NCBI GenBank assembly: GCA_905178155.1
Contig: CAJINV010000010.1
Span: 3,244,587-3,308,586, forward strand
Direction of reading: 5' to 3'
Length of the DNA: 64,000 nt
Origin: Amoebophrya sp. A120
Lineage: Eukaryota > Protista > Dinoflagellata
Part shown: positions 12,310 to 25,600 of the stretch, in pieces
Layout of the letters: each line of letters opens with the position of its first letter
Position numbering within the stretch: position 1 is the stretch's first letter
Position numbers and translations under genes: made by a program
The notes under the pieces: generated by a model
Told to the model about the DNA's origin: nothing
The model's input: only the letters and a program-made list of their open reading frames with translations
The model's database searches: none

Positions 12310-13416
12310 ACTAGTTCAGGAGCAGGTAGGACGAAGGTCGCCAGAAGTAGAGTTCTTCCAGTAGCTGAGGCCGATGCTCCTGCTGTCTACGTATCAGAAT
12401 CAATCTTCCCGTATGAACTTCGTGCGTGGTCCTGGTTCTCTCCCCGTCCTGCAAGTCCTGCAGCTGCGACGACACTGGATGATGTGGTCGATGGCTTCAC
12501 GTTTGGAAAATCTTCTTGCTGTCAGAATTTTCTATATTTTCCGTAGTCGCGCAACTTCTTCTGTTACTTCCTGTTTCGTGAAACGAGATTGTTAACCGTG
12601 ATCATCGATCTTCTTGCGTGTTGAATACTTAGGGACAGGCGTACTTAGTTGTATTCAATTCCGAGATCGGGTTCAACATATTCATAATTAATGCGCGTCT
12701 GAATTTAGTGGTACGTATCTACCGGTGATACTGATATCTTCTATATCTTCTGGTAAGAAAAAAAACGCCCTTCTTCTACTTGCAGTTGAAAAGAAAAAGC
12801 GTGCAACAGGAATACAAGAGTGCTCTAATAGTCGTTCATCACCACGACGAGGCATAAATTCATTTTGACGAAAAACAAAAACTACCGATTTTTTCATTTA
12901 TATCTCCCCGTGAAATGCTTTCGATTTGTTCCAGTTCCTTAAATAGCCTTTACTAAAGCGAATCACGATGGAGTCAGGACCCATATTATTCGCACGACGA
13001 CGACCCACACGACTACTTCGCATCTATACTTACGACTACGGCTAGACAGAGGGCGAAGAAAGCAGTTTTGCATCTTATGCATCAATCTAAAGCTGACATG
13101 ACAATTTCCCCGATGATCACAAACGAGAACCACCATTCTTGGTGTGAAAAAGCTGCCACTGCGAAGATGCACGACGCCCATCAGGTAGAAGTTACGCGAT
13201 GAGACAAAAAGGATACAAAATCAGAAATCAAAGCTTCGTCTACTCGTCTAGGTCTAGCACCTGAAGATTATCATACATAAACAAACTTCAGGCTCCGCTC
13301 TACTGCCCCATGGTGTTATTGAATCGGTTGAATTCCATCTTTCATGTGTTGTAATCACGCAGGAGCCACAGGCTATGTGAAATACGCGACCCTAGAAATC
13401 GTGCTGGGCTATCGTG

Positions 13417-13678
13417 TATCAAATGCAAAAGTGTCTGCGTCTGGAAGAATGCGCGATTTGTCATGCTGCTTTTCCATGACCCATGAGGTCTGGAATGCAG
13501 GACCTAGCAAGACAGACTCTGTGCGATCTCTCTCATGCCTATCCTGCATGAGAAACTCCCTCCCGACTTGGTGAAAACTGGACGACTTTTGGTAATCATG
13601 CAACACAGATTTTTGCGTGCTTCAGATTTAGCATGACAAGTTGCAATCTTCCAGACCCAGACATTTTTTCATTTGATA
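13417..13678. mobile_element. Introner family A, no clear host ORF
   Basis: TIR TATCAAATG..GTCTGGAA, TSD TCGTG. Confidence 0.9.
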
Positions 13679-14427
13679 TCGTGGTCATCATCCATCAAAA
13701 CTAAACCTCTACTTAATTGCTATTACCCTGAAGTAACTCGAAAAAATGTTGAAAAAGGTGATTAATGATAGGTCGTTCTACTTATCATCTGTGCACCTTT
13801 GCATTACGCTCGGCAGGAGGGCTGCAGCTGCCGCGTCGTGCCACTAACTCTATCTTGGAACAACGACGACCACAAGCGAATGCAGAAAGTGCATCTAAGA
13901 CAAAAAGAACATGAAGTGAAAAAAAGAATAAAACTGAAAATTCTACATGATAAAAGAACAGTATAGTCCAAAGAGCGGGCAAGCGTGTCTGATGCTGCTC
14001 TCTGTTCTTGTTCTTTGTCTTTCTCTTTCCCGCCTCTTGGGTTAGAAAATAAAGGAATGAGCAGGACGAGGTGACACTTTCCTTGAGGGAAACAGAGAAA
14101 GAAAAAATTTCAAGTAATAGTGAACCTAAACGCGCATGTGCATGAAAAAACGGTAACAAAAACTTGCTCGAGCCCTTCCGCTCGGCAAAAAAAATCATCA
14201 AAAATTCGTAAAGTTCGGCTTCGGTGTGGCCTCCATTACAACGTGGAGTCGCCACAACAAACCCCCGCTTTAATACACAACTTCTCAGTAAGCTACAGGT
14301 AGTTGCCTCGAACTTGAGGGAGAGCAGGGAGACGCAAACAACCATCTCGGGCAGCTAGTGCTTGATTTACTGTAGTCACATCTTCGAAGAAATTTTTTTC
14401 ACGATCATGGAATTATCGCTTGCTATC

Positions 14428-14637
14428 TATCCACTGCAAAAGCATCGTACTAGTAGGAGCCACTCTGAGTCTGATCGCATGACAACGAATTTTTTACTCA
14501 GCATGTAAACAAAAATGATATGAGGCAGGAACCCAGGTCTATAATCTTCTTCACCCAGGCATGACATTAATTGCACTTTTTCAATTTCATAATTATACTT
14601 TTAGTTCCTGACGAGTACGATTCTTTCGCAATGCATA
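14428..14637. mobile_element. Degenerate family B introner
   Basis: TATCCACTGCAAAAGCATCGTAC ... GTACGATTCTTTCGCAATGCATA; no matching TSD. Confidence 0.55.
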
Positions 14638-14639
14638 GC

Positions 14640-17600
14640 CCAACGACCTCCACGACTGCAATTTCCGCGATTGGCATCGGAATGGCGCAAAAGGAGATGT
14701 CTTTGGTGTTTTTCACTTCCATCTCGATCAGGAATTGTTTCTTGCTACCGAAGTCTATCCTGTGCAAAAGTATCGTATTGCAATCATGCATATACAAATC
14801 TTTCTTTTAGGGTAAACCCGCACTACAAATTTGATTTCTCATGCTGAGGGAATTTGTAATGCATTCATGCGAGTACGATACTCTTGCAGTTCGTAATGTC
14901 GTCGCTTTGGTTTATTTCATCCTCGAAAATGCTGTCCGGCAATTTGCACGTAATCGTTGTCGTTGTTTCCAGCTCGAGAAAGTCGTGCAAGATTGAAACG
15001 ACCTCGAGTTGTTCCTATGCAAGAAAAAAACTGTGTAAGCGTAACTTTCTTGGAGGAACAGCATCACAAGGTTGCTCTGCATGACGGAGAAAACCTGTCA
15101 TGCGTAGCTAGTACGTGAAAACACGTACGAAAAGAGCCTCTGATGCATGTCCAGCATGACAGTTGTACGTGTCTTGCATCGTCTGCAGCACAAAGAAAGT
15201 TACACTTACACAGTTTTTTTCTTGGATAGTTCCTCATGGTCCTCTAGTACTTGTTGCCCGGAGTTGTCCGCCGAAGATCCAGTGGTTTTTTGGTCGTTTT
15301 TCCTTCCAGCAGCTCCTACTCTCTTCAGCACGCATCTGGTTGGCAGTGTGTCGCGTCCGAGCTCTTCCCAATCGCCACCCAGCGTAATTGCATCCTTCCC
15401 GATGTAGGTAATCGCGAGAGACAGCGAAGTTTTTGGCATAATTCCCTTCTTGTTGCTCACCTCTTCGCCGGGGGCCCTGTTGTCAACGCTTGTTGTTGCG
15501 GCAGTTGGTCCATCCCTCGAAGCTGCTGCTCGTCCTGCCGCGAAAGTGATCTGCTCCAGGTCCAGGCAGAACAGCGCCCGGGCCGTCGGCCACACGATGG
15601 AGCCCCACCGGAGGCAGCTGTGCCGCAGTCTCGGGAGGAGCTGTGCGGCAATTTTGTCGTGGTCGCTGGCAATGGTCTCATAGGTCATCGAATAGTACAT
15701 CTGGTCCACAATCGCGTTGCGAACAGAGTCGTGGGTCGTTGATAATGTAGTTGATGGTGCTGCCGCACTTGAATTTTTACTATTACCTCCACTACAGTTC
15801 GTGCTTGTCCGGGGCGGTACGACGAAAACTGGCGTGAGGCCTTCCCTGTTATCAAATGTAAAAGTGTCTGGGTCTGGAAACTTGTGATGCTGTGTGGCGT
15901 ATCATGAGGAGGCCACAGTTGCTGGCTCAGCATGACAAGTTTCTGAGCTTCTAGGTGTTGCGGTTGCCTATTCTGCATGACAAACTACGTTTCTGCATGA
16001 TAGAAAAGTGGGGCTCTTTGGTAATGTGCATGACAGATTTGAGAGTCATGCCAGACAAGCATGACAAACTTGCATTCTTCCAGACCCAGACATTTTTACA
16101 TTTGATACCTGTTCTTCGATGATGAATTTGAATTACCGGCGCCGGCGAACTGAATCATACTGGCAGTTGTACTACCTCCGTTTGTTCTACTGTTGGACGT
16201 CGAGGAGATGATCCTAGTCGAGGAACGCCCAGCAGTAGTTTTACTCAGGTCAAAAAGCGCGAAGTTTTCCCAGTTTTCCCCCACGGAGAGGTACGCGTGG
16301 CACGTGCAGTCCGGGTGGGTGGCCAGAATCAGCGAGGGGTTCTTATCCGCATTGTAAAAAACGCCGCCGGTCCAGAACAAATCGGCAAACGCGCCCCGTT
16401 GGCGGTGCTGCCCGCCCAACACGACGGAGGTCTGGTACCCGATTTGCGCGTAGAGCAGGTACGAAAGAGCCAGCACCTCGGCGTACAGTGCGTTGGCGGA
16501 GTGAAGGCGGTCTTCCGCGGTGGGAATTATGGTACCGGTGTAAAGAGAATTGGAAAACTTTCTGTGGTCTTCTTCTTCTTCTACTACAACTTCTCCGGTG
16601 AGAACCACGTCTTCAGCTGTTCTCGACTTGTTTGTCCGAACAACTTCTCCCCCGACGAGGTCCTCACCCGCCAGTGCCGTCGCTTGCTTTCGCCACGACT
16701 TTCCGGTCAGCTCCGTGCGGGAAACGGGCAGGGGTTTCTCGGTGAACGTGCAGGAGCTCGAAGTGGTCCTACTTGTTTCAGAACCATACGAAGTTGTAGA
16801 CGACACGCCGCTGGCCGTAGTGGACGACGCTTCTGAAGCTACTGAGAGCAATCTGTCGTGCTGCTTGATGTTGATGTGGTGATCCTGTTTATAGTTCAAC
16901 ATGGCTGCCGCTCGCCGGCACACCAGCTCGTCGTAGTAAACCCGCAACTTCAACATGCTCATGCGCCAGTTGAGCACCAACGTCGTCCGGGGCGCTTTAT
17001 CCAAAAATGGCCGGACCACGTCCTCGAAGTCGCGAAACGTAGTGGAAGTTCTTGTTCTACTGGAAGATGATGTTCCGGTCGTCGACGTCCCCGCAGATGT
17101 TGAAGCAGTAGGTGCTGGTGCAAAAATCCCATCAGTCTTCTTCGACTCCAGCCAGTCTTTCCGTTCCAAGTCGAACAGCAGGGTGCACATTTTCTCCGCC
17201 ACTTCCGCGTCCCAGAGGAAGCAGAGAAACCGGCAGTACTCCAGCAGCCCCTCGAACAGGGCCGGCTTCGTTTTTCGCAACTCCGTCGCGTCGCCCCCAA
17301 GGTCAAACAGGCCACTTTCCTCGAGGAAACAAGACGAAGCTGCAGCTGCCTCTGCTCCTCGTCCACCACCTTCTCCACCACCACACCCCTCCCACGCTGC
17401 GATCAGGGCGACAAATTTATTCACATCGTCCGAAACACCCTCACTGTAGCAGCCCAGTACGTCCGTACACTGCTCCCCCTGGTCGAGCATGGCCCAGAAC
17501 ATCTGGGGCCGGATATCAAAAGGAAAAATCCCCCCTCCCCATATTGAAAAGCTATGTTTCCGAAAATTTGCGTTGCTGATTTGAGGTCACAAATCGTGTC

Positions 17601-20600
17601 TGTCTTGCAAGACAGCAATGGCATCCGCTCCGCCCCACTATGCTGGCGGTTTGTAATGCTGTTGGTCCTACAGCATAGGCGTTCCCCATGCTAAGCGCCT
17701 AGGCCAAAACCTCTGCGCACTGGCATGATATCGGCCTGCAGTCCCCTACTGCAAGACAAATCTGATTTGTGTACGCAGATCCAGCATCAGAAGTTTCGTT
17801 TTGATATGGGGTGAGGGCTTTTTTCACTTTGATACCGGACGGAAATAGGTTCCCGGCCGTGGGTCAGCGCCAAGGCGACGGGCCACCCCTGCTGCGGGAA
17901 CTCGCAGCCCACGCAGTGGCAGAGGTCCGGGTAGTTGCGCAACTTGAATTCCGGTGGCACCTTGTCGCGAAACTCCGTGTAGGTGTACGAAGACCACGGC
18001 CCGTAGACGATCCCGGTGAGGCCGCTATCCTGTGCAAAAGTATCGTACTCGTATTGCAATCATGCACTACACATCTTTTCCCTAAGGTAAATCAGCACGA
18101 AAAATTTTCTTCCTCATCCTGAGAAAATTTGTAATGCATTCATACGAGTACGATACTTTTGCACTGCATAGCCGATATCCTGCACCAGCTCCCGTCTCGT
18201 CTCTTCCCTCGCGAGAATCCGGAAAAAATCGTCCTCACGTTTATGGCTTGCTCAAACGTTACATCAATCCCAAACGTTACAATAGAGTTGTCTGCGTTCT
18301 TTTGTATTGCAACATATTAAAAATGAGCATGACAGACTCGAAGAGCGTTCCACTTTGTGCAATACAAACCCTGCCCAATTGTAGTGCGGCATGGGACTCT
18401 GGAACTTGTCATGCGCAATCCTATCTTCAGAGCTGGCTAGATAATGCACTTCTTCCATCACAGATTTCCATATTCTATGGTCACCGATTTGAGATTGTAA
18501 CGTTTGAGCAGGTCATAACGTTCCCGCGGCTGCCACCCCGCTTCCATATTCAAGTCCACGGATTTCGAAAGGCCGTATGAACTGCAAAAAAATCGTACTC
18601 AAATAAATGCATTACAAATTTCCTCAGCATGAGAAATGAAATTTGTAATGCGGATTTACGTCCAGAAAAAAATTTGTAATGCATGATTGCAATACGAGTA
18701 CGATACTTTTGCACTGGATAGGCCAAACTGTGTGCTGATCCAAAGCTCCAGCTTCACCGGTTCTTGCCGCGGGCGAGCAGAGTCGAGCCTGTAGTCCAAC
18801 GTGTCGTAGTACTTTTCCCGATAGTACTTTATTTGTTCCTTTGCGATGTGCCGAAGTAGGGTATCTGGCTCGTGGCCGCCGGGATCGCCGCCGGGAATGA
18901 ACAGAAAGTCCAACCTTGGCAGCGCTTCCTGCACGAGTTTCCAGTGCGTATGGGAGTGTCAGGATCGAAATCGACAAACTCGAAAAATTTGTATTGCATA
19001 AAATGTAGAACACGTAAGGCCTGTGCTGGGGAGCAGGCAAATGAGACCGACAGCAAGCCTGTTTAGGGGAGGACGATGTGCTGCCGGATTAGCAGGAGAG
19101 GAGCAGTCATCTTTGCCCGAACAGCATGACAGATTGGATTTTGGTCGTGCTCCCGAAATTTGTCATGCGCCACTTGGAAAGTGAGGCTGCAACTGGTATC
19201 GACTTTATGCATCACAAATTCTTTCGATTTTGTTGATTTCGATCCTGGCAGTTCCATAGTGCGCTCTCGCCCTGTCGAGCGCCCCGTCCTCCAGCGCGTA
19301 GCTGGGAAAAAAGGCGGGGAACCAAATGCTCACGTGCAGGTCCAGCAAGTCGCAGTATCCTGTGCAAAAGTATCGCACTCGTACTAACTGCATTTATGCA
19401 TTACAAATCTTTTTCTTGAGCTAAATCAGCATTACAAATTTTATGTGTCATGCTGAGGAAATTTGTGATGCATTCATAGTCATACGAGTACGATACTTTT
19501 GCAAAGCATACGCAGTACTCGCTGACGATGCGCAGCATCTCGAGCCAGGAGGTGGTGAAGTGCGGCGAATACGCGGCGTCGTCCAGCCTATCAAGTGTAA
19601 AAATGTCTGGGTCTGGAAGACTGCGCGATTTGTCATGCAGCTTTTCCATGACCCATGAGGCCTGGAATGCAGGGCCTAGCATGACATTGGTGGTCTACGG
19701 GCAGGACGTCCCGGTGGCACGACGGCCGATAAGCTTACAAATATCATGTTGTCGCACTTAAAAATACTTAAAAGATGAAGAGCATCTTACCGATCAGACA
19801 TGAGATTGAAATCTTATTGCCTTGCTAGCGCCAAAGAAAAGGAGCACAGCATAAGGCAGCAAACGTATCATCATGTATCAGCTGCATACGAAGTTTTATT
19901 TTACGAAATTCGACGAGTAAAAATACTAAAAAAATGTTGCAAGTCAGACGTGAGGGCGAGTTCTTACATCTTGCTAGCGTCAACGAAAAAAGAGTACAGC
20001 CGACGACCAACAAAAAACGCGTCATCATGTGACCACTTGCATACGAAGTTCCGCGTACGAAGTGCGACGACATAATATGCAGGGCCTAGCATGACAGATT
20101 CTGCGCGATCTCTCTCATGCCTATTCTGCATGAGAAACTCCCTCGCGACTTGGGCAAAACTGGACGACCTTTGGTAATCATGCAACACAGATTTTTGCAT
20201 GCTGCAGATTTAGCATGACAAGTTACATCCTTCCAGACCCAGACATTTTTACATTTGATCCAGCCCCGGGGGAATCACCTCGATGCTGTTGCAGCCAAAG
20301 AGCGCCACGTCGAGAATCTGCTGCCGCATCTGCTCTATGCACTGCAACAGTATCGTAGTCGTACTAGTTCTAGAAGTAAGAATTGCATTACAAATTTTCC
20401 CAAGAACAAAAAAGCAGTTTGTCATGCTATTTCAGATAGAAAGTTGGATTTGTCATGCATATCTGCAATTAGTACGAGTGCGATACTTTTGCAGTTCATA
20501 TGCTCCGGCGAAAACGCGTCGTACGCGTTCGTCTTCGGGCGGTAGGCATATGAAGTTGCTAAACGTTGACGCTCTTACATGGATTTGTAATGCAAAAGTG

Positions 20601-21871
20601 GCAAAAGTAAACGGGAAGAGATGGCGCCTTTCGCATTACAGGTTTGGCGCTGATTCTAATGCTATCTAGGGCGTCGGGAACTTGTCATGCGCAGCAGCTT
20701 GATCATGTAGATACTGATGGCAATTTTGCATGACAAATTGCTCATGTAACAGTTGAGAGTGTAACGTTTGAGAATCCCATAAGGCGATCTGGTGCTGTCG
20801 GACTTTCAACTTTGGGGGCGCGAGGAAAAGGGTAGAGGAAGTAGATGTAGTAGAAGACTGCTGCTCCGTCTTTTGTCTATCGTCGTTTTGAAGTTGAAGT
20901 TTATTCGGAACAACTTGGAAATACGCGAAGACCGTCTTTCCCTGGTAGGTCTGCTCGTAGCCCATTACGCACGCCCGGAGAAATTTTCCGACGCCAAAAA
21001 GCACACCGCGGCAAGACCGGGCCGAGATCCGGAGCTCCGCCCCGTTTTGCGAAATGGTAATCTCCGCGCTTTCGTCGAGGAGGTCGTACGTGGAGGCCTC
21101 TTATGCATTGCAAAAGTGTCTGGGTCTGGAAGATTGCCAGGTTCGTCATGCATATTTTGCATGGCCCATGATGCCTGTAGTGCATGACTTAGCATCACAG
21201 ATTTTTGGAAGGCTGCCTGATGCCTATTCCGCATGAAAAATACCATCTCCGCGTAGCACAATCCGGGCTCCTCTTGCTGGTCAGGCAATGCAAATTTTTT
21301 TAGAATCCAAAAACAGCATGACAAGTTTGGATCTTTCCAGACATCCAGGGATATTTGCAATTCATACCTCTGGGTTACACGCGTAGGCCGCTGCGGTGGT
21401 TGTTGGTCGCGGCGGGGAAAGTTTTTCAGAAGTAGTTGACAGATGTTGTAGTTCCAGGACGATTTTGACACTATTCGGTTGCAGCTGAGCGTCGTCTGGC
21501 CCCGCTCCACCTGGAACTACGTTGTTTTTCGTGTGGTGATCAATCTCGATCTCCTGTTCCGAACAAATCCGTTTCTGGATCTCAGCCCGCAGTAGGCGCG
21601 CGTAGCAGTCCAGCCGCCTGTTTTCATCCTCGATGCGATGGCGATTGTCTTTGTCATCTTGCCCGCCCGGGGTCACCTGCTGCTTCGCAATGTAGTTGTT
21701 GTTTTCGACCTGGATCACGACGGGCTGCTGCTTTACCAGCTTTCCCGCAAAGTGGAAAGTCGCATGATCCCTCGGCAACTTCTCCGCCAACGCGATCGCC
21801 CGCTCGCCGTACGTTGCGGCCGCCGACGTGGTCGTCCCTTCGCCACCCTGCCAATTGTCAAGCCAACCCAT
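14640..21871 (-). CDS. Large conserved hypothetical protein, putative glycoside hydrolase (bacterial-like); 13 introners; 3' end uncertain
   Basis: Motifs LFIPGGDPG, GIVYGP, RNYPDLCH, THGREPISVRP, YSEGVSDDVNKFV, LNWR..LRVYYD recalled from a bacterial GH-like family; junction 17514-17834 in frame (EPISVR|PQMFW). Confidence 0.55.
14756..14895. mobile_element. Introner family B
   Basis: TSD AAGTC/ATGTC; right end GTA. Confidence 0.8.
15016..15228. mobile_element. Introner family I
   Basis: TIR TATGCAAGAAAAAAACTGTGTAAG, TSD GTTCC. Confidence 0.9.
15850..16107. mobile_element. Introner family A
   Basis: TIR, TSD CCTGT. Confidence 0.9.
17514..17834. mobile_element. Introner family F
   Basis: TIR, TSD CCGGA; frame restored. 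Confidence 0.9.
18026..18170. mobile_element. Introner family B
   Basis: TSD GCCGC/GCCGA. Confidence 0.85.
18242..18517. mobile_element. Introner family C (divergent)
   Basis: TIR TATG..TGCTCAAACGTTACA, TSD ACGTT. Confidence 0.85.
18576..18720. mobile_element. Introner family B
   Basis: TSD GGCCG/GGCCA. Confidence 0.85.
18949..19258. mobile_element. Introner family E
   Basis: TIR, TSD GTGCG. Confidence 0.9.
19356..19510. mobile_element. Introner family B
   Basis: TSD CGCAG. Confidence 0.9.
19589..20260. mobile_element. Introner family A carrying a 390-bp internal insertion
   Basis: TSD CAGCC; right end ATC; insert 19687-20076 flanked by 20-bp duplication ATGCAGGGCCTAGCATGACA. Confidence 0.85.
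20336..20500. mobile_element. Introner family B
   Basis: TSD TGCTC. Confidence 0.85.
20549..20781. mobile_element. Introner family C
   Basis: Body matches 5074-5307; TSD AGGCA/AGGCG. Confidence 0.85.
21102..21366. mobile_element. Introner family A
   Basis: TSD CCTCT. Confidence 0.9.
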
Positions 21872-22698
21872 GGTTTGAGTTTGTTCTTTTTTGCCTCTAG
21901 TGCCCAAGCTTGTTGATTGTGGGGAAAAAAAAAGCTGGAAAGAAAGCTCAGCTACCGGGGTATCACTGGTGAACAGGATTTTTACGAAATAAAACAAGCG
22001 ACGACGACTAGCCTTTACAAGGTATAGCTTCCCAATTGTACTACTTATCTATTTTTCATTGGTATTGCCCACTGCGCAGCGGTCGCGATTCTTGCCCACT
22101 GAACTCAATCTAGATAATGATAGGTATCACTTTCATCGTCTGCAGAACCGAAAAAAGGGCGTGCCATCAACGTCGAAAATAAACCACGAACAAGAAGAAC
22201 CCATACGACCGCCTACGTACCCCATGTTTGGTCCTAGTACTGCACAGCTAATATACACAACACCTTACAACGCGTTTGCGTATCTTTTGCGAGTGAGTTT
22301 ATTTTGACTTCCCACGATGACGGACGGGCAAGAGGACCCCAGGATCCTTACTAATGCAGGCGAGACATCAAAGAAAGATGAAAGCAAGTCGCGCAAGAGA
22401 GTAACGACGAAAACCGAAAGAAGCTTGCTCTATAGCTTGTACTTGTTCGACGTGTACAACTTTTAATTTTATATGTTCGCTTTATGCTTTTAATTGTTGA
22501 TGTTCAATGAAATACGAATACAAAACCGCTCACGCCTGATGTTCTTGCAAAACCCGTAGATAAAAAAGGCACAGAACATGACGAAGAGCTCTACGACAGA
22601 AGAATTCCCCGCCGATTCGACTTTGGAGCAGGTCTCCTTGATACTAGTAGCGTTGGCACAATATCAGCAGAGAACTAGTACGAAGATGTGTATTTATT

Positions 22699-25600
22699 TC
22701 ACACAACGGCCTCCGCGATAGCGTAGGGTTTGCGCAAGAAGCAGTTCTTTTCCCTGATTAAACCTTCACACACAAAACGCAAGCAGTCCCAGGCCTTCGC
22801 CTCAACCTCGGGCGTCTGTGCCTGTAGCAGCGCGGAAATGTCTCCGAACGTCCGCTCGGTTTGCAAAATGCCCTGCAGGTGTTCAGGCGTGGTTACCTCG
22901 TGTCGGACTTCCAACGGTTGCTGATTTTCTAATGTCCACGTTTTATCGTACCAAACAAGGCTTGCGTACCCCAACTTTTTGAGCAACAGGTCCTCAAGCA
23001 CCTCCCTCTGCGCCCCCGCCTCCGTATTTTTTCGATGGTGGGGAAAGTAGTTTCGGGAAAAGGGCTTGTGGTGGCGCACGTTCAGGTCCAGCAGCGGACT
23101 GACTTCCGTCAGGAAATGTGACAACACGCAGTTTTTAGAGACATCCGGGCTCCAAAGGGCCAGGATTAACGACGAGGATGGTGTAGTAGTAGTAGTACCA
23201 TCTTGATCTTCTGCTGTAGATGAAGCTCCACTTATTTGCGACCCGGTCGTCGTCGCGGTTTCCTGTATGGCGTTCTCAAATGTTACATTCTCAACTGTTA
23301 CATGATTTGTCATGCAAAGCTACAATCAGAACCGACATGGCCAAGCTGCTGCGCATGACAAATTATTATTGTTATCACTAGGAGATGGAAGTTCAATATT
23401 TTCTTCGCCGACACCTTGCCCGCCCTTGCTTTGACTAGAAACTCCTTGACCGTCTGCCAGTAATCCAGTCTCCTATCCGGGTCGAGCTCGATGCAGTAAT
23501 TTGTGGGGTCGGTGTCAAAGTGAAAGCCCAACCAGATGTTTGTTGTGCTCGGCCGCTGCAGCTTGCCCGGTTTGTGATGCAACTTCACCCCGAGCAACGT
23601 GAGGATGTAGATGGTCCAGTCGAGTGCATCGTTTGCTTCTTTTTCGACATCTGGTCCATCATCATGGACAAACCGAATATCATCCACGTAATCGAGCATC
23701 CCTGCCGCTTTTACCCCGTTTTTCTTGCACACGTTGAGGCATTCCTTGATGAAAGCATCATTTTGCTTATGCGGGGTAAAATGTCAGCGAGAATGTGAGA
23801 CTTGACTCTGCTTTGCATCAAATCGTACCCATTTGCTCAGGCATAGATGAAAACGAAACAGCACTGACTTCTCTGCTGACATTTCACAAGATAATCACCA
23901 GGAGCACAACCTATGCCAAACGGCAAGAAAAGATGACTTGCAAGATTTCCCTTGTAAGTCTCCGTCCATTCCAGCTTCACGCCCAGATATCGTCTGAACG
24001 ATGGATGCACGAGCCAATGGGAAAAGCTATCCTTTGCGTCTAAACCGCTGATCCTCGACCACGGTTTCAACACGGCGAACAGCTTCCAGAAGTCGGCGTA
24101 GTCGACCTCGGTGGAAAAAATCGCCTTGTTGAGATTCGCCTGCTTATCGGAGAAGTTGGAAATTACTCTGATCTTGTCGTTGCGCTGGAACAATACTGTT
24201 CCTGGCACTTGGAGCAGGCCCGGCGGTTCTTCGCCTTCCGGGTAGACTATTATTTTGCCACCGTCTTCGAAGCGTTTGAACTCGGCGTTGAACGTCTGCG
24301 CGTTTTCTCTCGCTGCGGTTTGATTCCCGCAGATGCGTGGCTCGGGCAAGTCGCCAATCACTTGAAACTTGACTCCCGTCATCGCTTTCAAGAGGACATC
24401 GGGTTTCATCCCCCACCGGATGCACTGCTCCGGTGATATCGTCAGTCCCCGGACTGCTTGCATGTCCTCGAGCTCGCGGTAGACGTCTTGCGGCCCTGGC
24501 TCCGCTGCTAGTGATGCCAACAACTCGTCGCACGTGACTGGGCAGCCTATCGCCTTGTAGTCGTCCACCGTGTAATCCGAGACCGGTTTGTACCAGCCAT
24601 ACGGATTCAGGCTCTGTAAGCTCCAATACAGGTCTAAGTCTGCAAGGTCGTCGCCATCCGGTAAATCGTCCACAGCGGGCATACCGTTGCTTCGCGCGTC
24701 GAAAGGTTCCTCATCGTCTGAACTCGGCGGTGGGCTATTCGTGTTCGCTCTCTTCCACGAGCCTTTGCGGCTGGAATCCGGAACCTGCTGTACTGAAGCC
24801 GGCGTGGTGAAGCTTACCTGCTTCTTTGTCGAGATTTTCGCACACGGGGTGCTGCCTGGTGCCGCCCTTGCGTCGTCGGCCAAGGACAGCAAATCCACTG
24901 ACGCATTTATCGCATCCCAGTTTGGCTCGTCGTCGTTGCCTGCCATCTCGGCGGCCGCAGCGGGCCTTTTCAACGACGGCTTCAGCTGTGTGAATGTGTC
25001 AGCTTTGTCCTGCTGTGACCTTTCTACCACCTCGCCGCTTTGGCTGTCCTCGTACTCCTGATGAGTGGTCTCGCGGTCGTCGATCCACTGCTCGTCGTCG
25101 ATCCACCACTGCTCTTGCTCCCAATCATCCTGCTGGTCATCATCGTACCAGTGCTGGTCGTATCCCACATCCGGCACAGCTTCGTGATTGTCGTCGGCCA
25201 GGTGCTTATTCTGCTTCTCGTACCAGGTGCTCGCACATGACGAAGACGAGGCGGACGCGCTTGCCGCTGCTTCGTCCGCAGCTTGAGGCGGGTGCCAATC
25301 TCCATCTTCTTCGTTGAACCACCAATCCTCGTAGTTGTAGTCTCCGCTGGTGTCATCAACCCAGACTTCTTCTGCCCCCGCGTGCTGGTTTTGGGCGTTG
25401 TCCTGCCACGTGCCTGGCTGCGGGAGTGCGCCAGGCTGCCAGTCAGGCTTTTTCTTGCCTCGCCGACCTCTTTTCCCCATCTTGATGAACGGTGGGACAA
25501 TCACGCTACAACTTACTCTACTGAGGGCAGTGTCACGCTAATCCTGCCTCAGACTACGCTTCTCGCGCTCTCTCTTGGTGAAGAGGTCGCTCACTCTATG

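Noticed and set aside
13417-13678. Tc1/mariner MITEs with TA target duplication
   Set aside because: TA belongs to the TIR; a variable 5-bp duplication lies outside it in nearly all copies
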